DNA from: Octopus sinensis
Taxonomy: Eukaryota
Length of the DNA: 64,000 nt
Direction: 5' to 3'
Assembly (NCBI RefSeq): GCF_006345805.1
Contig: NC_043019.1
Location: 7,067,360 to 7,131,359, forward strand
Every line of letters starts with the position of its first letter. Position 1 is the stretch's first letter. Position numbers and translations under genes: made by a program. The notes beneath the pieces were generated by a model. The model was not told where the DNA came from. It made no database searches and worked only from the letters and a program-made list of their open reading frames with translations. Below are positions 13,075-26,080 of this stretch, piece by piece.

Positions 13075-13330
13075 GTTGCAACACAACGGACCTGATTTTT
13101 GTAGTTTTCAACGAAATTAGACATGAATGTCGGATTATTGATGTTACCATTCCAAGAGAACAAAGTAGAGTGATGAAAGAAATTGAAAACATAAATAGCT
13201 AGAGTGACCTGAAGATCGATGAATGTGATCAATACAATCTAACAACATCATGATATTTCGGTTCTCATCGGAGCTTTAGCCTCGGTAACACTGAAACGGA
13301 GAGAGCATTGTTGGTTTTGAATTGCCTTAG
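13075..13330 (+). mobile_element. Old R4-like RLE remnant
   Basis: HNGPD (13082), then after a frameshift ECRIIDVTIP..KEIEN; VLIGALASV at 13261. Confidence 0.6.
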
Positions 13331-14459
13331 GTACGTCTGTAACTTCGGGGTTGTTTTTCTAGGTAGGGGTATTGGCCCTACGCAAACCAATTTTTACATC
13401 GTGAACAGGTAGTTTAATTTAGTCTTCTCTCTGTCCTTTGACGTGTCCGACAAAGAAGATCCAACTAGGACATTGCTTCGGGTGGCATAGATCACAATAT
13501 CGTTCTGGGACACAAGACACCACACTGCAACAAGGGCTGGACCTCATGGTGTATAAACCGCGAAACTCAAACCTTTCTCCTTCCAAATCTGCTTTCATGA
13601 GCTCAACATATGTACTCACAAAATTCATGTCGGTTTTTAAGGTCCCTGTGGAGACTCGACTATCAGTTCTTAGAGTCATCACATGTGCTGTGCCAACAAT
13701 TTATAATTTTTCTTCTTTTGCCTTCTCGTTTCGGTCATATAAATCTGGCCATCCTGGGGCGCAGATTGAAAATTTTAGTCGAAGAAATCGATCCCAGAAT
13801 TTATCATTTAATCTTCATTTTTATTCTATCGATTACCTGTCAAATTACTAAGTTACGTAATCACAATCAAACCTATACAGGCTGTCAAGCAGTAATGAAG
13901 CATACACACACACTCACATATACATACACACGTATGTATGTATGTATGTATGTATGTATGTATGTATGTACATATGTATGTATGTATATGTATACATATA
14001 TACACTACCGTCAGAAATTAATTAGCACCCTTGATTTACTCTTCACTCAAGGTATGTGCTGTCACCTAGTGGCCATATCTCGAACTATTGCTTTGTTGCG
14101 AGTTCACTGTTGCGCAGAACGATGACGTAACTTTGTTTGCAGAGCAGTTTGAGGGTCTACAGCCTTATGATGTTGACATAGCAGTGCAACAACTTGGAGT
14201 GCGGATGCAGACAAATCTTCCTTTGTTTAATAGATATAGGTAGCACCTCGCAAGGACCGAAATCACACCATACTAAGTTTTCTCATTGCGTAAGACGTTT
14301 TGAACAGCTCATAAGGTTAATTGATTTAGCCTATTTAATGTAGAAATTTGAGAAGTGCTAATTAATTTCTGACGCAAGTGTACATATGTGTGCATGTATG
14401 TCTGTATGTTTGTATGCATGTATAAACAGACAGACAGAATGATAGATAGATAAATATAT

Positions 14460-14610
14460 ATTACTGGCTTCCACCAATTTTCCGTCTACCAAATTCAGTC
14501 AAAGTACAGGGTTTTGATAGTAGACACTTGTCCAAAACGTTACGCAATGAGAATGAATTTGAAGCCACGTTGTTGCAAAGCTAACTTCTTAAACCCTGCA
14601 GCCATATCAG
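14460..14610 (-). mobile_element. Degraded family B SINE 5' half
   Basis: ttccgtctaccaaattc..tagtagacacttgtccaa. Confidence 0.55.
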
Positions 14611-16406
14611 CATTTGCAATGCTTTCTTTTATTTGCTAAAACGGAAAAAAGCCATGTTGTACGTGTACAACGGCAAAATACTGGGGAAACGACTAGGGAA
14701 CATTGAGGAGTTTACACCGAGTAAACAGAAAATATGAGCATCAATAATGAATATAAATATGTAAAGAGATCATTATGTTAGTATAGAAAGAGAATATAGC
14801 AAGAAGGAACCCTTAAAATATAGAGAGAAAGCACATTCAGTGAATGTGCGCACCCGTCACTCATGCATGGGTTACCTTTATATACATACATATCCGTAGT
14901 GCGAGAGTTTGCTGTTCTTTATAACTGCATTCGTAATGTGAGCTTACTTAACCGCACCAAGTCTGTCACCAGATCCGATTTTTTCATTAAGTGCATTTGA
15001 CGCTAGAACCTAACCTCTTTCCATTCTCACAGTCTTTTTCAAGTATAAAAGAATGGTTAGGGTACTTGTCCTGAGAAGATTATCCTCAAATCCCTCAGCG
15101 GTGGCCGAAACGATTTCTTACGCGAATACTACCGGTATTTGCCAAACGCATGCAGTGATTTCCATTCCGACTCAGCTGTTGTCTGGATTAATTTCGATGT
15201 TCGGTGTAAACGCACTAATCGATATTGTACACACACAAACGAATGCATTCCTGTTTTCTTTTCACAGTTGATCTGAGACTGGTTAAACTTGTTGCGGCTC
15301 TTTGACTGCCATACTTTGAAAGTCCATTCCGAACCGGTAATGATCCTCTCTAGAGCTGACACATCATGGACTTTTTAGAGTTAAAAATAATTTCCGACTT
15401 GAAAAATCTTCAACAATAGACAATTCACTCTGCTATTGTCAACACTCTGAATCATCCCTCAAATATCCCCACGCGTATCTTCAACCACTACTTTATATTA
15501 TGTGAGAGTTCACTTTAATCTGACCACATTACCACATTACCAGTTAGAAGCTTTTCTACAATGGCCCATCCATAAATACATTTCTTAGCGATGGTTAGAA
15601 CTTTATGCAATACAATGAGACTTATTGTTTATTGTTCATGTGACAGACAAAGAATTTACAAATGTTCTATAAATAAATACGTAAAGAACAAATAAATGAT
15701 ATTTGTATGACAATAAATATATATGTAGAAAAAAAAAGACATACGGAACTAAGCGATACAAGTCAAAAAATCAAATCAGATATCTGAGTTTGGATTCGAC
15801 ACCTCATATCTCCATATTGATCTACTCGAATTTGCCCTGCACCCAACTGCTATAAATGATTAGTACCGACAGAAAGGTGCGAGAGGAGCTCAGGTAAGAT
15901 ATAGGTTTAAAAAAACACGCGCAGGTCTTATGTGTAATTAAGGTATAAAATTTCAAAGAAGTGAAAAACTATTTTCAGCAACCGTTTATTTCTTGAATAC
16001 TCTAAATAATCGGATCCAATCCCTCAATTTTTTTTTTACCTTTGACGTTTTTCTAATTGTTCGTGAATTGATGGAAGATTCTTGCAAAGAACCAGCTACT
16101 AATTAATCATTTGTCGTTTGAAGTGCTGCAACCTTTATAACTTCTATGGACGCCTTTCAAACATTCTTAACATCCGTTTAAATTGAGATTTTCTTTAACA
16201 TTTTTCTATTTTTCAACCTTTTCTGGCAGCTTGCCAACTGTGTTCGTTCTTTATATTCCCCTAATCATTGGCGCATAACTATAGATTAGTATCTCTAATT
16301 GAAATAGGGAAAGGAGACCTTTGATACAGCTTTTGTCATTGGAGAACAATCTGTCTTTCTCTATCTTAGCCTTGTCCACCAATCTATGATTAGCAACGAT
16401 CTAGAA

Positions 16407-16560
16407 CAGCGGTTCCCAACTGCAGTGCCCACAGCCGAATGCATACCACAAGGATCCTTCCGGTGACCACCGTCAGTTTTCTCTCTTAAAATATAACTAT
16501 TTTTTAATATTACTTTTTATGGTGCGGCCCTCTAAAAATAAGCCGGGTTTGGATCTGGCC
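16407..16560 (+). mobile_element. hAT (Charlie-like) left terminus
   Basis: CAGCGGTTCCCAAC preceded by ATCTAGAA, fitting the NTCTAGAN target consensus; no right end found. Confidence 0.35.
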
Positions 16561-18329
16561 GGAGTATTAAAAACATTACGAACAACTTAAATACAAGCAT
16601 CCCTTTTGGTGGTATTCTTGCTGCTTCAACCCCTGGATGCTGTCATCCTATCTTTATATTTTTACCAACTCTAGGTGGAAAATCGTAAAGCAAAACCCAT
16701 ATCACATATGTACAATGTAGGCCTTTTGACTTACAATACCAATAGTATCGTCTTTCTCTCTGTATCAACGAAGCCCTACATACAATATATGAATCGCAAT
16801 ATAGCAAATAAATAAATATTTGCATCAAAATATATATTGGACGAAAAGTAAATATGGACCCAAACCACGATTGTTCTGAAGTGTTCGACATTTATCAAGA
16901 GCTACAAGTTTATTCCTCACCCACTCACCGAATCTCGCATCAGAACAGCTCGGAGCTCAACATCTGCCCAAGATGTGCCGAAAATATGATGCTCCAAATG
17001 TTGCGCTTTCCTGTAATTTGTGCACTTCTTTGTGTTATGTATTGTAACATCAGCTTATGGCAAGATGTCTGGCTCAGTAGTTTGGTTAAATGCTTTCCTG
17101 ACTCGTTGTCCGTTTACATGGCAGACCTACAGCTAGATATTTCTTTACACCAAACAACGGAAAATGCGTGGTGCTGTACATAGGATAGGATTACAGCACG
17201 TTGTTAGGAAGATGAAATAATACCATTTTGTGACCTGGTGAAGTAGGAATGAATGAATTTAATCATCAGAGTTTGGTGATATACGTGTTCATACATGCAA
17301 CCATGATGATGGCAAATACATGTCTTTTTTAATATTAAGAGATTTTTAAGAGAGATAAGAGGGAATTGATAACTGAATGGGGCATTGAAATTTAGGACCT
17401 ACTCAAAAGAAAGAAAGAAAAAAGAAGGAAGGGGAGGAGGAAGAGAAGAGGAAGTAGAGAAAGAACAGATGAAGGAGAAGAAGAGGAAGGAGAATATGTT
17501 TGCCAGCGTATAACTGACAAACATATACCCAAATACATGCATACGCACACATTCACACACACACACACACACATACATACATACATACATACATACATAC
17601 ATGCATACATACATTCATACATACATGCAGGTATATATATGTTTACAATTAGATTAGATTTCTTTACAACGTTAAGAAGTTCGTGATTCAAGAAATAGAT
17701 CGTATTCTATAAACATTTATTGTGTCGTCTGCTTTCAACGTTTGCATTACGCAGAAGCACTTAAAGAGTACACACACCTAATCATGCACACACACCTAAT
17801 CATGCACACACACATACACAAATGCATGCATATTTATATATAAAACTCTCAGCCCCCCTCTCTCTTCCTCTCCCTTTACATACATAGCATTGCTATTAAA
17901 CAAGAGTGTCGTAAGTCCAAAACGTTGCTTTTTCAGAAAAGGAAAAAGATAGTTTCACCATTCCGTTTCTTTTTACATTAAGCAACAGTTTCAGCTTAAC
18001 AACAATATTTTGTTGGTAGCATAAAATCTTAATTCCGTGCAGGTATGATATTTTCAGTCAGAAATATTTTTGCAAAACTGTCGTATGTGGGACTTACTAT
18101 ACTTTTGGAAAAGCTAAACCATTGTTGTACTACACTTTGGCAATTTTCATATCTTGGCATCTGAAGCAGCTGGACATACGATAGTTTGACCAAAAGAACG
18201 GACTATTGCAGGCAAAATTATATATTGAAATATTGAAAAAAAAAAAGTATTTGAACAAATTTGGACAGACTTAGACATAATAGCAACAGTATGAATTTTA
18301 CTTTTTTTATTTGTTCGACAGCCGGCTGC

Positions 18330-18490
18330 TACCATTCTGGAGCACCAGCAAAATTGACCCCAGTACTACAGGTTTTTATGTTTGGTACTTTATGCCATCG
18401 GTCGCTTTTGGTAAAACGCAATGTGGAAGGGACGTAAACAAACCAACACTTGTCCAAGACGGTTGTGCGGAGCAAACATGACAAAGAAAC
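18330..18490 (-). mobile_element. Degraded family B SINE 3' half
   Basis: gggacgtaaacaaacc..ttgtccaagacggttg, reverse of the family B second module. Confidence 0.55.
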
Positions 18491-18539
18491 ACAAACACAC
18501 ACACACACACACACACACACCACACACACACATACCGAC

Positions 18540-18945
18540 ATGGCGGTGTTGTAAAAGCTTTGCTTCCCAACCACATGGTTCCGGGTTCAATCCCACTGCG
18601 TGGCAACTTAGGCAAGGATATTCTGCAATAACCTCCATCCAACCAGAGCCTCATGAGGGGATTTGGGAGACGGAAACTGAAAGAAGCCTGTCATGTTATA
18701 TATATATGTGTGTGCATGTGCGTGTTTCTGTGTATGCGTGTGTTTGTGCGTGCGTGTGTGTATGCGTGTGTATGTCTTTGTGTCTGTGGTAGTTCCCTGC
18801 CACTGCTTCACAACCGTTACTGCTTTGTTTACGACCCAGGGAATTAGCTGTTCGAGAAAATTGCAACATCAAATAAGTAGCAGGCGTGAAAAAAAAATTA
18901 GAAGGATCGATTCCTTCGACAAAACTCTCTTCTACGCTGTGCCCC
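18540..18945 (+). mobile_element. Family B SINE, near full length, diverged
   Basis: ccaaccacatggttccgggttcaatcccactgcgtggc head, internal (TG)n and second module, as in 57072-57459. Confidence 0.75.
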
Positions 18946-19368
18946 AGTTTGGCTGTTGTCTAATGACTAAAGTAAAGGGTTAAATATGAAATAAAAAGCC
19001 ACACACACATGTAGACATACGAACACAGGAACACACATGCACACGAATGTTATTTATGTATAATGGAATTCGAAATCAACAAAAGTGAGCGAAGTCATTC
19101 ATGTCTAAAATAAACAGGAATTATATTTTCAGAACAACGATTCTGTTCAAACGATATTTTGGTGGAGTGAACAGATCAGCAGATTGCCGAACGTATGAAT
19201 ATTAATTGCATAAAGTACACACGCTGCGATTACATGTCAAATAGCATTTAAGATGCAACCGGACGGCATATTTATTTCCATTTTGCTTTGTTTAGGCGCA
19301 ATGGCCTAAAAGCTAGATTGAACGAAACCGCAAACCGATTCAAATTTCCTCTTTACCGTATTCAAAGG

Positions 19369-19423
<55 letters not shown>

Positions 19424-19756
19424 AAAGAGAGAGAGGAGAGAGAGAGAAAGAAAAAGAGAGAGAAAGAGAAAGAGAGAGAGAGAGAGGGGAGAGGGAAACT
19501 GGTAAGAACACGAAGGAAAAAAGGACAAAATAACACAAGAATATTCGACCCAGCCATTGTTGCATAAATGTAATTAATGCTCTGTGAATGTTTCAGATAG
19601 AAATATAGAATTGACGTTTCGAGCATGGCTCTTCGTCGGATTGAGGTAAAAGTTTAGTGTAAAGGTAAAACATGTAGGAAAAGATGGTCTGCAGAAAAGT
19701 GCAAATGTCGTTACATGGTCGTATGTGAATATATATATATTATATATTTATACATA

Positions 19757-19848
19757 CCAGAGTCAGCACATAAATATGAAACAAGGTGGTGCACGAATAC
19801 CGGTGGTAGAGTAATGTGATATATTAAGAAGGCTGCAATGACATCAGA

Positions 19849-19850
<2 letters not shown>
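19757..19850 (+). mobile_element. Fragment of the repeat also present at 63174-63302, in opposite orientation
   Basis: ataccggtggtagagtaatgtg vs ataccagtggtagagtaatatg (reverse complement of ~63230-63255). Confidence 0.55.
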
Positions 19851-19879
<29 letters not shown>

Positions 19880-19983
19880 TATACATATATATATATATAT
19901 TTATATATATATATATAAAGAAGGAGAGAGAGAAATAAAGATGTGTGCCTGTGTGTGTATATGAAAAAGTAAAGATTTCATTC

Positions 19984-20307
19984 GGTCATGACTGACCAAG
20001 GGATTGCACCTAGAGGGTTCTTCCCCGAGGCACAAGTCAGGGCAAGGTTGTTTAGGAAACACCAGCAGTCACCCATGAACACCATCGTCCCATCTCTGCA
20101 TCACCGATGTTATCTAAGAGAAAGGCAAAGGGGCCGATACAGCTTGGTACCAGTGACGTCGCAGCTCATTTCTACCGCTGAGTGAACTGGGGCAATGTGA
20201 AATAACGTGTCTTGTTCAGGATCAATACACACAACCTGGGCTCGGAATCGAACTTACTACCTCAGGATTGTGAAACCGACGTTTTAATCACTTAGCCATG
20301 TGCCTTC
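19984..20307 (-). mobile_element. tRNA-derived SINE (family E)
   Basis: Homologous to 5558-5873. Confidence 0.8.
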
Positions 20308-20595
20308 ATTATATATATGTGTGAGTGACCATATGTATCTGTCTATGCGCGCGCGCGCGTGTGTGTGAATATGCGTCTGTTTGTTACACATAGGATCAAA
20401 CTACGGCTATGACCTGAGTTTAATTGTGTTCCGTTACCTTTTACATGTGGAGACTATATCACTTCTTAATACTTTCATTCAAGTCGTTATAATATCGATA
20501 TTATTGTACATTGAAAGGCAAATAGCGCTTCCAGAAAATATTTTGCAAAAAGGACGCTCTGAGAATGTTTGGATAAATGGTATCAACTGTTGAAG

Positions 20596-21000
20596 GGCGG
20601 CGAGCTGGCAGAATCGTTAGCACGCCGGGCGAAATGCCAAGCGGTATTTCGTCTGCCGTTACGTTGTGAGTTCAAATTCCGCCGAGGTCGACTTTGCCTT
20701 TCATCCTTTCGGGGTCGATTAAATAAGTACCAGTTACGCACTGGAGTCGATGTAGTCGACTTAATCTGTGTGTCTGTCCTTGTTTGTCCCCTCTGTGTTT
20801 AGCCCCTTGTGGGTAGTAAAGAAATAGGTATTTCGTCTGCCGCTGCGTTCTGAGTTCAAATTCCGTCGAGGTCGACTTTGCCTTTCATCCTTTCGGGGTC
20901 GATAAATTAAGTACCAGTTACGCACTGCGGTCGATGTAATCGACTTAATCCGTTTGTCTGTCCCCTTTGTGTTTAGTCCCTTGTGGGTAGTAAAGAAATA
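20596..21000 (+). mobile_element. Dimeric family A SINE with a 13-bp TSD
   Basis: Full unit plus a 5'-truncated unit; TATCAACTGTTGA at 20581-20593 and 21003-21015. Confidence 0.9.
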
Positions 21001-21115
21001 TATATCAACTGTTGAGTAATTCAATAGAAACATACGTGATGTTAATTTGACTTTTGGTTACAATGCAATGTCACACTCGCAGACACACACACTTTTTTTT
21101 ATCAAAGTCTTTATA

Positions 21116-21330
21116 GTGGAGGTGCATGGATTAGTGTGTAGGGTGTTAGAATCATGATCGTAAGATTGTGTTTTCGAATCATGGACTGGGCGAGGCGTTG
21201 TATTCTTGAGCAAAACTCTTCATTTCACGTTGCTCCAGTCCACTCAACTGACAATAGCGAGTTATCTTGCGACGGACCGGCGTCCCGTCCAGGTAGGAAA
21301 TATATCCGTCATGGAAATCGGGAAACCAGC
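21116..21330 (+). mobile_element. tRNA-derived SINE (family D)
   Basis: Reverse homolog of 12098-12340. Confidence 0.75.
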
Positions 21331-21342
21331 TTTACAAATATA

Positions 21343-21726
21343 CGGAAGCACTCCGTCGGTTACGACGACGAGGGTTCCGGTTGATTCGATCAACGGAACA
21401 GCCTGCTCGTGAAATTAACGTGTAAGTGGCTGAGCACTCCACAGACACGTGTACCCTTAACGTAGTTCTCGGGGATATTCAGCGTGACACAGAGAGTGAC
21501 AAGGCCGGCCCTTTGAAATACAGGTACAACAGAAACAGGAAGTAAGAGTGAGAGAAAGTTGTGGTGAAAGAGTACAGCAGGGACCACCACCATCCCCTGC
21601 TGGAGCCTCGTGGAGCTTTAGGTGTTTTCGCTCAATACACACTCACAACGCCCGGTCTGGGAATCGAAACCGCGATCCTACGACCGCGAGTCCGCTGCCC
21701 TAACCACTGGGCCATTACGCCTCCAC
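21343..21726 (-). mobile_element. Full-length tRNA-derived SINE (family C) with a 12-bp TSD
   Basis: Head with A/B-box-like motifs (TGGTTAGGG.., GTTTCGATTCC); TTTACAAATATA at 21331-21342 and 21727-21738. Confidence 0.88.
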
Positions 21727-22417
21727 TTTACAAATATATATAACTCGGGAGAGAACACTTTCATCTGTTATTTAAAAGAAGCATAAAACTGTGTACGTGT
21801 TAACGCTTTATACAACGTGCACGATTCGGAAGATTAGCATTTCTCGACATTACCCAGTCATACTGAGGAATCACAGCGGCGAAATTTGATCACGTAACTG
21901 GTTTTTTTTTTATGCTGAACGAAATTTAGCGAGATTCTGTAGATAATGAATGCATACTGAATATAATTTATGCGCTCCATTTACCTATGCGCCGCACGTA
22001 TTCTGTATTCTGGCGTATCTAGAGATACGAAGACCGTGCACAATGTCCGTGACGTGTCACTCCTTTTGAGCTGTACTGTATATACCTACTTTCCATTTCC
22101 TTGAACTCCATACATTTTGTTGTTTACGCTTTATGACGTCCTGTGCCCACATATGCATATGTATATGCGTATACATATAGGTATGTACGTATACGTATGT
22201 ATATATGCATATATATTATATATATATATATATAGAGAGAGAGAGTAAGAGAGAGAGAGACATAACGAGAGAGATGGAAAGAGAGAGAGAGAGAGAGCGG
22301 GAGATATGTATATATATGCATACATGTATACACACACTCACACATATATGTGTGTGTATGTGCGTGCGTGTATACATGTATATATATGTATATATTTGTG
22401 TATATATATATATATTA

Positions 22418-22453
<36 letters not shown>

Positions 22454-24589
22454 CACACATACGTACGTACATGCATACATACACAAACACGACTGGTTTC
22501 TACACATATACCGTTCCCCAAATTGATTAATGAGGCACCAGTCAATGTGAGGCTATAAGATTTGAGCAATTTGCTGCGCGGAGGGACTGAAGGAGAAGCC
22601 AACTGGTTGCAACGCGTGCGGCTGAAGAACAGAACCATACATAGTTATTCAGACACGTGGGTAAAGAGAAAGTTATAGATGGACGGGTAGATAGTTATAC
22701 GTAAGACCTGTATTACAAAATATATAATAAATTATGTAATAAATGACATAACATATACACAAAATAAAATAACATATGCATGGATGAGAATACATAAGTC
22801 AGAAACACGATAATTTTGTAAAACTTACCTCGCCTTTATTTTGTACAATTATCTCATTCTTTTATATTTATATATATATATATAATTAAATAATCTCTTA
22901 ATTGTTTATAATTTTTCGATTTTTTATGTGATAAACACAATCAACAGTGTCTGTTACTCAAACAGAAAAAAGTCTTTGTATATTCTTTGTGTATTTTTTG
23001 TATATTCGCTTGTATATTATGTTGTTGCATGGCTGTATTACATTCTTTGAGCGTGTTCGTGCGAGTGGATATATTCTTTCGTTTTTTGTTCTTTTGCCTT
23101 TTAGAATTTTTAAACTCCTTTCGTTTTTTCAGAGGCTCTTGACATTGAAATTTCGATGTAAACATGTAGGTATTTACACTATGTATACATTTGTTTCATG
23201 TCTGTGACTGGGTTGGTATGATTCATGGCGGTATAGAGTCACTGTATAGAGTCACGGCATAGAGTCACAGTTCGAGTCAGTTTATAATTACGCCTCAGGC
23301 TCTGATGAATATATATCTGTACATGTATATATGTGTGTGTGTGTCTGTGTGTGTGTATATATGCATATATATACCTACATACATACATCATACAAATATA
23401 TATATACATAATATATACATGCATATATATATATATATATTTATGTATGTACGTACGTATGTATGCATGCATGTATGTGTGTATGTATATGTGTATGTTT
23501 GTATGTAGATGTGCCGCATTTAATGTGTTCGTGTTAATAATTTTATGCATGTCTGTATGAAAATGTATCTTCTTTTTCTTTTCCAAAATGGCGGTCTTAT
23601 ATTAACAGCACATTTCACTATTGTAAAACACGCTGCTTTCCACCATTTTGAATTTTGATTTTTTAAAAATTTTATTGTAAAATATATTATAACAGTCTCT
23701 TTTTTTCCTCTTAATCTTTCTTTCTTCTTCCGAGCTTTTTCTATTTCTTTCCGTAGTATCCTCTTTTGCACTCACATTTCTCTCTCAATCACTCACTCAC
23801 TCTCTCTCTCTCTCTCCCCCGCTTTCACCTCTTTCACACTTTGTCAATCTCTCTTATTCTTTCTTTCTTTTTCTCTTTCCCAAGTCTTTTACAAATGTTT
23901 ATGATTACTTGATAAAACTTCTTTTCATTTTCGATAACTTTGTGAAAAACATTGTCTCTTTTGTACGTATGTATTTAAATCCTTCTGTGAGCGCATGTGT
24001 GTGTTTATATATCTGTGTGTATGTGTTTGTGTGTGTGTGTTTTGTTTGCTTGTATGCTTTTTTGTATATTAGCATCTTGTAGTTGTTGTTTTTTCTCTTG
24101 CCGTGGTGTTTAAATTTTCCATTATCATGGTTTTTATTTGCTTTCATTTCATAGTTATATCACATATTTTTGAAGCGGCGGGGAATGGGGCGAAAAAACA
24201 ATGGAATGGTAGGAGAAAGTTCGTGTGTGTTTGTCGTACGATTATAATAAATAAATATGCCAAAAAAATTTACTTAACAACTATAACAAAATGTGTGAAA
24301 AAATATGTCAAGGAATAAAAAAAGTCCGAAAATATTGAAGAAATATCAAAACGAAGATACAAAAAAAAAAAATATCTGGAGTAAAACATAGAAATAACAA
24401 TAACAAAAAAAACAATATCAGCAACAACGATTTACAAAAATGTAAACATACATTTTTTTCTTCTTTAACTCACCACAGCCAACAACAACAACATGAGGAA
24501 TAATAATAATAACATCAACAACAAGGATAATAAAACAAACGAACAAATAAATAAATAATGGCTTGAAATGTTGGCACAATGCCAGCAAT

Positions 24590-24920
24590 TTTTACGGGGA
24601 AGGTGATTAATCAATTAAAAGTTTAATTTATCGATCCGTAAGAGGTTGAGCAGCAAATTTGATCTCAGCAGATTTGAACAAATAACGTAAAGAAGCCGGA
24701 AAAATGGCGCTAAATATGTTGTTCGACGCGCTAACGTTTCTATCAGCTCCCTAACTTCATAATAATAATAATGATAATAATAATAATAAAAACAATCCTT
24801 TCTATTATAGGCACAAGGCCTGAAATTTTGGTGGAGGGAACTAGTAGTTTACATCGACCACAGTATTTCACTGGTACTTAATTTATCGACCCCCAAAGGA
24901 TAGGCAAAGTCGACATCGAA
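24590..24920 (-). mobile_element. Two degraded family A SINE fragments
   Basis: ggcacaaggcctgaaattttgg..ctggtacttaatttatcgacccc. Confidence 0.6.
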
Positions 24921-25129
24921 TAATAATAATAATAACGTTAGAGGTAAGTAGCTTGACTTACAAATGTCCAAAATCATATGTCACTGGAAACAGAAACTAA
25001 CGTCTTTTAAACAATAATAAAAAAGATTATGCCTTACCCGATGATCTATATATCTATCTATATATCTATATATATATATTTTTTTTCTATCTGTCGATCG
25101 ATCAATCTATCTGTCTATCTGGCTATCTA

Positions 25130-25183
<54 letters not shown>

Positions 25184-25679
25184 ATATATATGAAATGCTG
25201 CTCACAGGTGGAGTGCCTTCGGCCAATGTTGACTTGAGTGTTTAACTCACACACAAGGCCACGCTTCATTTTACAGAGAGAAATTATGTAATAAATCAAC
25301 CACTAGTATCTAACTGTTACTTTATTTCAGCAATTCATTCGCCAAGAAAATTCAATCTAAAACTAACCTCGACCAGGTCTGAACGCGGAAGGTAAAATGT
25401 CTGAGTTAAGTAACGCCCGTTCTTTTTCCCCCGACACTTTGCTGACCCTGACAGAATCATATTCCTGAACCCCTTTCCACACTTTCAACAACAGCAATTT
25501 TTTTAAAATCATGACAAAAAGCCCAGCAGTTTTAGAAAGCGTTTTACAGTCAATTACATCGAACTGAGTTGTTCACAGTCTCTTTCTTTTATCGAGTCCA
25601 AAAGCTTTTGTGGCAAGGTTGAAACCGACAGATGGAGAGTGTGGTAGTTATATTGATTGATATAAATACATCGCCTGGT

Positions 25680-25980
25680 CCTCCGTCGGTTACGTCGACA
25701 AGCGTTCCAGCTCATAAGATCAACGCAAGAACCTGCTGGTGTAATTAACGTGCAGGTGGTTGAGTACTCCACAGACGCGCATACACTTAGCGCCTTGTGA
25801 AATTCAGCTTTGAGATATTATGTGAGAAGGCTGGCCATTTGAAATACAAGTATACTGCATTTTTGTCAGCCGAGTGGACTGGGCCAACGCGCAATAAAGA
25901 AACTTCCTTAAGGACAAAACGTGCCACCGGAACCGGACTCACGACCTTAAGAACGTGACCCGAATACCTTAACCACTAAG
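25680..25980 (-). mobile_element. Chimeric SINE: D/E-type head with family C 3' module
   Basis: ccagtccactcggctg (D/E type) followed by gtctgtggagtactcaaccacctgcacgttaatt..gtaaccgacggag (C type). Confidence 0.7.
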
Positions 25981-26040
25981 TCAAACACACACCGCGCTCA
26001 CTCACAACTATCTATCTGTCTATCTATCTATCGGTCTGTC

Positions 26041-26080
<40 letters not shown>

